Of a DNA stretch of 42,252 bases, positions 35,513 through 42,252 are shown piece after piece; within the stretch, counting starts at the first letter, position 1; the number at the start of each line of letters is the position of its first letter. Source of the DNA: Macrostomum lignano (Eukaryota); the NCBI GenBank assembly GCA_002269645.1, contig NIVC01000724.1, forward strand, positions 64,379-106,630, in the 5' to 3' direction. A program made the translations under genes and the position numbers. Below the pieces are notes generated by a model. It did no database searches. It was given only the letters and a program-made list of their open reading frames with translations, and had not been told where the DNA came from.

Positions 35513-36711
35513 ATGGCAGCTTGCATCAAGACGGAGTCAATTGTACGCTCCGACTCGAGTCCGATTTTTTACGTTGGAGAGCAGTCTACAACCACGACTG
35601 GTTCGTCCTGCCAGTTTCGATCTATTGCGTGGAAACCATCAATCGAGTGTACAAAATGGTACCCAATTATATTGCAAACCAAGGCTCCAATGGAGCTTTT
35701 TCGTGGAATCGCAGAAAGGCCAGAGCTCGATCATCCGTCTTGCAGACACGACTCTCGCGACGCAGTAAGTGTCCAATTTCATCCAGACAGCTGCGATAAG
35801 GAACTCTTCCACTCTCTCCGGTGAGCACCATATTAAATTTATACAATTAATTTTAGGAAACTATATTCATAATTTATATAATGTTTTGCAGTCAAGTCGA
35901 AAAAGGTCTATCGGTCAAGTTGAACGAGATTCAAGATGCTCGACCCTTGGCACGACTAACAAAACCAGCTCATCAGCATGCTAACGACGTCCTCGAGTTT
36001 GTGCCTCAACAATGGCTGGCTATAAAGCCTGCTTACCCTTGTGCCACAATCAGGATCAGCAACGATCATCCACACGGGAAGGAGGTGTCCATTTCCGATT
36101 TCAAAGGTGTCAGCGGTACCTACCAAATGACAGTGCAAGCAACGAGCTTGTATTGTCCAAAAGGCTGCCTCGTCTGGCGCATTACATTCGCTGTGCGCTC
36201 TCTGACACTCATAGAATCTTCCGACAACATGTTGCAGCGCCTCGACATGTTCAAGGGAGTGCTTGCACACCTACCCGCGACCAAGTCAGCAATTAGAAGC
36301 AGGAGTCCGTCCCCAACATCTACCTGTGAGCAAGAAGAAGCAAATGAACAAAGCCTGCAGAATTCAAGCCAGGTGACACCTGCCAAGTCACCTGCAAAGC
36401 GTCGGTCTACCACCACCGTATCGAAGAAGTCGACTACATCGAATGCAGCGCCAGCCTCTATTGAACCACCGCCTAAAAAGCAAGTTCGAAAACGCAGCGG
36501 TGCAAAACAGCAAAACAATTCTGCCGAAGCTGGTGCAGATGGCACAGACTGGGTGGAGGCTCCACCAGCAAAGATCTTGGTGAGTACACCTGCCTCTGGA
36601 ACCAGGGTAGCGTCCAAGGAGACAGCATTTTTAAAGCGTGCTGCTGCGGACGCTACTACAGCTAGCGTGTCTTCATCGGACGACTCGTACAGCAGCTCTG
36701 ATGATGAGTAA
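35513..36711 (+). CDS. Two-exon gene (35513-35820 + 35892-36711, 375 aa), putative T7 gp2.5/NCLDV-like OB-fold ssDNA-binding protein
   Basis: A 71-nt intron GTGAG...TTTTGCAG joins ORF 35513 in frame to ORF 35881 (..HSL-R-QVEKG..). PIILQT.PM..F.GI / KG..YQMTVQATSLY..WRITFAVRSL plus an acidic tail (SSSDDSYSSSDDE) resemble that family. The family call is by eye. Confidence 0.55.
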
Positions 36712-36921
36712 CAAAATTTTTGACTAATTTTATCCAATTTTTAACTAACTTATTCCACTATATTTATCAAATTTTTGGCTAGGGAAATATTATTTTTTAG
36801 GGAAAAGCTCAAAACATTGTTTGCTACTCCTTGTACGCTAACCAGGTTTTGTAATTTAATATTAGAATTTACGATAGTATAGTCATGTTTAACTTTTCTT
36901 ATTATTTATTTTCCGTTTTAG

Positions 36922-37479
36922 CGACTTGTCCTATTAATAGTTACTGCGAGTCTGAAGCTGCACCCGTTTGAAAAATTTGATTTAAAGCAGACCAAACAGA
37001 AGCTACAGACCAGAAACCGGTTTTGCAAACTATTCCTAAGCCGACCAACAATGCTAAAGACAATTTATTCAAATGCTAAAATCCAACTTTATCCAGCAGG
37101 AAAACTAACTATATATGGCTGTAAATCAAATTCTCAGATAGTCTCAGTTTTACGATTTATCAACGACACTATTAATTGTGTAGATTTTGATTCAGTAAAA
37201 ATTCAGAGCAGTACCTATGTCGGCTTTATTGGTCATCTTTGGCCAAAATTCGGTTTCTCTAGTCTAAAAAGATATGCAGGCTACTATTCGAATTATCTGG
37301 TTGGATACGATGCAGAAAATTTCCCACAAGCAGTTTCTGTTAGATCAGCATCAAAACCAAGGCTTTTTTGTAACATATTTTTTTCGAAAAAGTTTGTTAT
37401 TATGGGCGTTCAAAACACTCATGAATTGAATAATATTCTTAACCATGTCAAGGATTTTTTAATCTCTGTTAATAACTAA
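36922..37479 (+). CDS. Divergent TATA-binding-protein-like ORF (two TBP repeats)
   Basis: IQLYPAGKLTIYGCKS resembles LIFSSGKMVCTGAKS, YDAENFPQ resembles YEPELFPG, and IFFSKKFVIMGVQ resembles IFVSGKVVLTGAK. The frame is open upstream of ATG 37051 back to 36922 (LIVTASLK..FDLK resembles NIVSTVNL..LDLK), right after an acceptor-like TTTTAG. Confidence 0.75.
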   Translation, partial: RLVLLIVTASLKLHPFEKFDLKQTKQKLQTRNRFCKLFLSRPTMLKTIYSNAKIQLYPAGKLTIYGCKSNSQIVSVLRFINDTINCVDFDSVKIQSSTYVGFIGHLWPKFGFSSLKRYAGYYSNYLVGYDAENFPQAVSVRSASKPRLFCNIFFSKKFVIMGVQNTHELNNILNHVKDFLISVNN

Positions 37480-37702
37480 ACTTAACAAGTAAACAATTGC
37501 TGTCAAATCGCAGTTGCGATGCATTCTTTTACAAACATTTTGTCTTTTTTTATTTATTTACCAATTGTTTTCTCTAATAGTAAACGTGTCAGCTATATCT
37601 ATAACTAACCAAATCATCATTTTTCTTACAGCCGCAAATGACAAACCGGATCATCTATTAATATTATGCTCGATACGCTCGTTGTCGAGCTAGGTGCACA
37701 CA

Positions 37703-38440
37703 ATGCCGCGTGCACAATGCCAAATCTGCAGAAAAAAGTTCAGTAATCAAGCCGAGCTGCATGCTCACTCGCATGGTGCTTGTTTTTCACCGCAACGATT
37801 ACTGACCGGATCGCTGCAAAACCTGATCGAAAACCCACCAGATGGGTGGTCCATCGCTTTGCGCGAGTCAGCTCATCGTGGTCGGGTAAATTTTGTCGAA
37901 TTTACTCCCACTCTTGAACAACAAGGCAACAGCTCTGGCGAGTTACTTCCTGGCGAGTTGATTGCGTCTTTAAGAGAACCAATATTTAAAATATTGGAAA
38001 AAATTGGCTCACCCAGTTTATTAATAAGAGTCTGCTTTCACTTGAAAGTGACACTATTTCGACCGAAAACAGCAGCAGACGACAACGATGGCTCGAGCAG
38101 CGAAGAGATCATTTCGGTCTATTTTAATACCAACATTGCGACAATATCATTTGATGAGACGATTGCAAACAGTGACATGCTGTTATCTCCCGAGGCCTAC
38201 AATGACTGGTTCGCACGCGTTATTAATCAGTTGTTAATAAAAATTGACAATTTTCAATCTCGAGGTAGTAATTGGCAATATAGAGCAATCGAGCAGCTAG
38301 ACTTGATGCTCTGCGTTTATCGCAAAAGCCATGCAAGCACACTGTCAACAAATACGTCCCACGGTGGTGTGGGGGCGGGCGGCGGCAGTGGTGGTGGTGG
38401 TGGCGGTGGTGGTGGTGGTGGTGGCGGCGGTGGTGGTGGT

Positions 38441-38472
<32 letters not shown>

Positions 38473-38810
38473 GCGCGGGGAGTCCGGTCCAGTCCGGTCC
38501 GGTCCAGTCCGGTCCGGTCTGGTTAAGCAGCAATCGTTTAAAGTTCCAGTCTCAATCGGTCGCAAAGCTGGAGCAGTACTGCTTCTAAAGCCGCACAGAG
38601 CAGTTTAAAGCATCAAGACTATTTAAGAGTCTTACACAAGCGACAACTTGTGTTTTCGCGCATGCAGTCCATTCGTTCTCGAAAACAGAAAGTTTTTTTT
38701 GATGCAACAAAGAAAACTTGCACTAAGCTTCTTCGATACGAAGCGATCCTGGACAAGTTCAATTAATTCGCTACCCTTTGGACACTGGCACTTGGCTAAT
38801 TAATTAACAA
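37703..38810 (+). pseudogene. Truncated N-terminal region of Polinton-type protein-primed DNA polymerase B (Zn finger plus RGS.W motif), with poly-Gly expansion
   Basis: CQIC..H..C zinc finger. KIDNFQSRGSNWQYRAIEQLDLMLCVYRK resembles Polinton IDEF.ERGSGW..I..LD...Y. After stops at 38606 and 38624 the same frame reads SDNLCF (typical DNKCF motif). No exonuclease or polymerase motifs follow. Confidence 0.65.
38371..38520. repeat. (GGT/GGC)n poly-Gly tract followed by (GTCCG/GTCCA)n
   Basis: Direct inspection. Confidence 0.95.
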
Positions 38811-39095
38811 TATGCTCTGATCTCTTTTGTTGTACAAAGTAATAGCATGCTATAGAAGACTGTAACCCATCATTAATTTTTTCATTGATCATTATTTACA
38901 ATAAATAAATGATACCGGCATTCGTTTAAATTATAATTTTAGCACTTTTTTGTGTTTAATTATTTGAAAAAGTATATTTTTTATAGTTAGATTCTCAAGA
39001 CTAAGCTTGTGTTTGTAGTAGACGTAAATGTAGTGCTATCGTTCATGTTTCAAGAAAAAAAACTTTTTTTTAAACTTTCAGCTACAAGAATCGAC

Positions 39096-39578
39096 ATGAA
39101 TCCCGAGCAGCAGCAGCAACAACAACTAACTGATCGTAAGCTTTTAGTTGAACGTCTATACGATTCGGCAACGATTCCGACCCGAAAAACTGTCGGGTCG
39201 ATCGGGTATGATCTTTGCGCTGGCGTCGATGGTACCATTCCGGCCTACGAGTCCCGGAGTGTGCGAACCGGACTCAAAATTCGCTTACCGCCTGGTACCT
39301 ATGGCAGGATAGCGGGACGTTCCAGCATGGCTCTGCACAGCTTATTTGTTGGCGGTGGCGTAATCGACCCCGACTATACTGGTGAAATCTGTATAGTCTT
39401 GTTTAATTACAGTCCGGAAGACTTTGAGTACTATGCCGGGCTCAGTATTGCACAACTGGTTCTGGAGCAGGCCGTGCTTGCTTCAGTCTATGTGACTGAA
39501 GCAGACAATTCGATTCGGATGATTGAGCCGCCGACCAAGCGGCGCGGCTTTGGCGGCTTTGGCAGCACTGGCCAATAA
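39096..39578 (+). CDS. dut: Trimeric dUTPase
   Basis: All five motifs present: GYDL, GRSS, GVIDPDYTGEI, IAQL, RGFGGFGSTG. Likely ATG at 39096. Confidence 0.95.
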   Translation: MNPEQQQQQQLTDRKLLVERLYDSATIPTRKTVGSIGYDLCAGVDGTIPAYESRSVRTGLKIRLPPGTYGRIAGRSSMALHSLFVGGGVIDPDYTGEICIVLFNYSPEDFEYYAGLSIAQLVLEQAVLASVYVTEADNSIRMIEPPTKRRGFGGFGSTGQ

Positions 39579-39648
39579 GTATAATAATAATAATAAACTG
39601 ATTTTTTTCTTTGGTGATTGGTGCACTATGCGAGAGCTTTGTAAATAC

Positions 39649-39657
39649 TATAAGCAA
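39649..39657 (+). promoter_or_regulatory. TATAAGCAA motif upstream of the PLA2 gene
   Basis: Identical 9-mer 45 nt before ATG 39694; also present at 40812 and 41855. Confidence 0.6.
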
Positions 39658-39693
39658 TTTTAAAAATTTATGCCTAAAATATATGTTGTAAAA

Positions 39694-40113
39694 ATGTCTC
39701 CAGCGAAAGATCGAGGTTTTAAAAAGAAAAAGAAGAGCATTCGTAAAAAGAAGAAATCTATTAGAAAGATTAATAAAAAGCAACAAGGTTATGGTGTCGT
39801 AAATTGGTTAATTAATCATTTACCATTTGAAGCACATTTACCCGGCGGATATCAGTTTTGTGGTCCAGGTACGCAACTGCAAGCTAGGCTAGCAAAAGGA
39901 CAACGAGGAATTAATCGGCTTGACAATTTGTGCATGCTTCACGACGTGGCCTATGATAAAAATTCTGACGTGCAAGAGAGGTTAAAAGCTGATAAGCTAT
40001 TAGAATCTGGTGCACGAGAGATTGCCCACGATCCGTCTACTGGTTGGAAAGAAAAACTAGCTGCGAAGTTGGTTACCAAGGTTATGCAAGTTAAGCAACG
40101 CTTTGGTGCTTGA
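39694..40113 (+). CDS. Parvovirus VP1u-type phospholipase A2 virion protein with Lys-rich N-terminus
   Basis: HLPGGYQFCGPGT (Ca-binding loop), LDNLCMLHDVAY (catalytic HD), ADKLL. ATG at 39694, alternative ATG at 39670. Confidence 0.9.
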   Translation: MSPAKDRGFKKKKKSIRKKKKSIRKINKKQQGYGVVNWLINHLPFEAHLPGGYQFCGPGTQLQARLAKGQRGINRLDNLCMLHDVAYDKNSDVQERLKADKLLESGAREIAHDPSTGWKEKLAAKLVTKVMQVKQRFGA

Positions 40114-40115
40114 AA

Positions 40116-40805
40116 ATGCAGCAGCCATACAATATGCAACTAGCTCACGATTCTACATTTATTATTGCTGGACCTTCAAACTCGGGTAAAACTGAATGGA
40201 CGTTGCGTTTGTTGACTGAACGAAAAGAATTATTTGATAAAAAACCGTGCCGTCTTGTTTGGTGCCATGGATCAAGTTTGAAACCAGACGATCAACAACG
40301 AATTAGAACATGCTGGCAAAAAAGCGGTCTTGACCCTATTGTTTTTGTACCCGAATTCACACCACAGATGATTAATCGTTTTTTACCACACGATTTGGTT
40401 GTTGTTGACGACTTGCAAAGCGAGATTGCTAAGTTGCCAGAATTTACTAGTATGTTTACAAAGCATGCGCATCATATCCCTTTGACTTGTCTGTACCTTT
40501 GTCAAGGTCTTTTTAACAAGTCTGATCCAGAAGCACGCATGCGAAGTTTATCAGCTAGTTATATTTGTCTAACTCGTAGTGTGCGCGATCGAACCACAGT
40601 TGAACATCTCGGTCGACAAATGTATCCGCGTAATAGTAGGTTTCTAGTGAATGTGTATGAAGACGCAACAAATAACAAACCTTTTTCATATTTATTCATT
40701 GACCTGCGGCAAGTGACACCAGATTTTTTACGATTGAGAACAGGAATATTTTCTGGTGATGAACAAGTTGTCTATACTCGTGAATGTGATGCAAAGTTTG
40801 TGTAA
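40116..40805 (+). CDS. FtsK/HerA-family (A32-like) genome packaging ATPase
   Basis: Walker A GPSNSGKT, Walker B LVVVDDLQ, and the Polinton-typical H..LCQ.LF..R..S.SASY..L.R..RD / PFSYLFIDL...RLRTGIF. Confidence 0.93.
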   Translation: MQQPYNMQLAHDSTFIIAGPSNSGKTEWTLRLLTERKELFDKKPCRLVWCHGSSLKPDDQQRIRTCWQKSGLDPIVFVPEFTPQMINRFLPHDLVVVDDLQSEIAKLPEFTSMFTKHAHHIPLTCLYLCQGLFNKSDPEARMRSLSASYICLTRSVRDRTTVEHLGRQMYPRNSRFLVNVYEDATNNKPFSYLFIDLRQVTPDFLRLRTGIFSGDEQVVYTRECDAKFV

Positions 40806-40811
40806 TATTAT

Positions 40812-40820
40812 TATAAGCAA
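40812..40820 (+). promoter_or_regulatory. TATAAGCAA motif upstream of the penton gene
   Basis: 51 nt before ATG 40863. Confidence 0.6.
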
Positions 40821-40862
40821 ATTATAAACTGTTGTCAATATTAGTTTGTGTTTTATTTCAAA

Positions 40863-41852
40863 ATGAGTTTTTACGTTTTTTTGCCGTCAAACGATATCAG
40901 TTACGAAACCAACTCGCCTAATGAATTTCGAGTGCGACTAACTGAACCAATAAATTTATTGAACGGATTCTTCGAGGTTGCACTAGTTGAATTACTGTGC
41001 CATGGAGCAATTACGACGCCAAATGCTCATCGTGAGCGTCGATTTGAAGTTCCATATTTTGCGGACATTGACTCAATAATACGATTAAAGAAAAACTATT
41101 GGGGTCGTGTTTGGGCAGAGGCAGACTTGGATGCTTACGTTTCCTGGCAACCGTCTGGTACAGATGAAAAATTTGCCTGGCTTTTACGAAATTCAGGCGA
41201 AAAAACTATTGGATTAGAACTACCAGTTACATTTATGGACGCTTTCAAATTTGACTCTTGGAAGAAACTTTCTGGACTTGTCTCGGAAAAATTATCAAAA
41301 CCTGCCGCTGGTAGTGTACAACCACCGGATGGTTCATACTTGGATTTGATAAAAAGTCTCGACAATACTCTAGCGCTAGTACCTGAGAACTATTATGTTT
41401 TTTATTGTGTTCTATCGCCTGGTGAAGCTATACGACTTGTTTCGCATGGAGACTATCTTCGAAAAACGGAAGGAGAAGTGTACATCAAAGTACACCAATA
41501 TTGGTTGAGAAATCGTGTTTGGCGCATTAACAAAACCTACTTGGATGCTGTGCTACCTTCTCCGATGCCTAGTAAAACGGTTTACATGTACTGTTACACA
41601 GATATAATCGAGTATCAAGCAGTGGGAAGTACATCAGTACCGTTGCTTCGAGTTGTGGAACTCCAACAAAAGAAAAACGGAGAACTTATACGCGATAGCA
41701 GTGCATTGCAAACACCCTACTACTTGAAAACAAATCGACAACAAATTCACGAGATTTCGATTCGACTATCGGACCAGCGCGGAAAACCGTTTAATTTTGA
41801 TCCGGGAGCACACGTTGTTGTCGTACTGCATTTTAAACATAGGTCGGACTAA
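40863..41852 (+). CDS. Minor capsid protein (penton, Polinton PX-like)
   Basis: N-terminal FYVFLPSN..N.PNEFRVRL.EPI.L..FEVALVEL. C-terminal YMYCYTDIIEYQ.VG..VPLLRVV..PYY..I.I.L.DQ.G.P..F..VVVVLHFK. Confidence 0.85.
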   Translation: MSFYVFLPSNDISYETNSPNEFRVRLTEPINLLNGFFEVALVELLCHGAITTPNAHRERRFEVPYFADIDSIIRLKKNYWGRVWAEADLDAYVSWQPSGTDEKFAWLLRNSGEKTIGLELPVTFMDAFKFDSWKKLSGLVSEKLSKPAAGSVQPPDGSYLDLIKSLDNTLALVPENYYVFYCVLSPGEAIRLVSHGDYLRKTEGEVYIKVHQYWLRNRVWRINKTYLDAVLPSPMPSKTVYMYCYTDIIEYQAVGSTSVPLLRVVELQQKKNGELIRDSSALQTPYYLKTNRQQIHEISIRLSDQRGKPFNFDPGAHVVVVLHFKHRSD

Positions 41853-41854
41853 TT

Positions 41855-41863
41855 TATAAGCAA
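41855..41863 (+). promoter_or_regulatory. TATAAGCAA motif upstream of the GGFLP core-protein gene
   Basis: 53 nt before ATG 41908. Confidence 0.6.
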
Positions 41864-41907
41864 AGATTAATTGTGTAATAGAAAATTTTGTGAATTTGTT
41901 TTTAAGA

Positions 41908-42252
41908 ATGAGCGAACTAACAGAAAAAGGAAAACAAAATGCTCGCTCATTGTGTCAGTGTGCTTTTTTACTACAAATTGTTTATCGGCTAAAGCATCCA
42001 AAGCAGAGAAAAAGTTTTTTACAAACACTTTCAGAGTCGGAGATACGATGTCTAGTAGACTTTCTGTTTAATATTATTAGTGGACGTATTAAAATTAGTA
42101 ACTGTAACAAAAGACGACTTGAGAAGCATCGCAGATATATACGCCAGCTTTTGGAACAGAAGACTCCAATTACTGCAAAAAGGAAAATACTTGTCCAACA
42201 CGGAGGATTTTTACCTTTTTTGGCTCCAATTATTGCCGCTCTACCTGCTATA
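41908..42252 (+). CDS. Polinton small core/virion protein (PW or adenovirus pX-like), truncated by the window end
   Basis: Not in the ORF track because it has no stop in the window. MSELTEKG..KQRKSFLQTLSESEIRCLVDFLFNIISG..RLEKHRRYIRQL..KRKILVQHGGFLPFLAPIIAALPAI; the GG|FLP..IIAA end resembles adenovirus pX. Confidence 0.8.
   Translation, partial: MSELTEKGKQNARSLCQCAFLLQIVYRLKHPKQRKSFLQTLSESEIRCLVDFLFNIISGRIKISNCNKRRLEKHRRYIRQLLEQKTPITAKRKILVQHGGFLPFLAPIIAALPAI

Larger units (their letters stand above)
35300..42252 (+). mobile_element. Polinton/Maverick (adintovirus-like) endogenous element, running off the right edge; left boundary uncertain (31.4-35.3 kb)
   Basis: AT-rich, tightly packed co-oriented genes including packaging ATPase, penton/PX, parvo-type PLA2, a GGFLP core protein and a pPolB N-terminal motif, which is the hallmark Polinton gene set. 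Integrase, protease and major capsid protein are not seen in the window. Confidence 0.88.

Noticed and set aside
36120-36737. 205-aa antisense ORF
   Set aside because: Mirror of the Ser/Ala/Thr-rich SSB exon, no features.
36885-36971. Short ATG ORF MFNFSYYLFSVLATC.. as the TBP start
   Set aside because: Different frame from the TBP homology and stops after 28 codons.
41871-42071. 66-aa ORF in the track
   Set aside because: Overlaps out of frame with the better-supported 41908 GGFLP ORF.

Overview
Eukaryotic (animal) genomic DNA, repeat-rich, with GT-AG introns. The loop-A Arg GluCl signature and base composition suggest a lophotrochozoan, possibly a free-living flatworm (inference, not provable from this window). 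There are three main blocks. (1) 1964-4581 (-): a roughly 870-aa, frameshift-interrupted gene with four tandem LRAT/HRASLS-like domains lacking the catalytic Cys. (2) 13721-25610 (-): an anion-selective Cys-loop (GluCl-like) locus. Three tandem large 5' exons (ligand-binding domain to M2) all end at the same phase-2 donor (LPR|gt), but only one M3-M4 exon is visible, giving a clustered-protocadherin/UGT1A-like variable-plus-constant architecture. Exons A and C share a gene-conversion-like tract, and exon B lacks M1. (3) About 35300 to the right edge (+): a Polinton/Maverick (adintovirus-like) element with an intron-containing SSB-like gene, a TBP-like gene that could be spliced onto the SSB, a truncated pPolB N-terminus, dUTPase, parvovirus-type PLA2, packaging ATPase, penton and a pX/PW-like core protein. 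Three virion genes share an upstream TATAAGCAA motif. Between these blocks lie a mariner remnant, two copies of a tRNA-derived SINE, a MITE and many mini- and microsatellites. All assignments are by-eye motif recognition; no searches were run.
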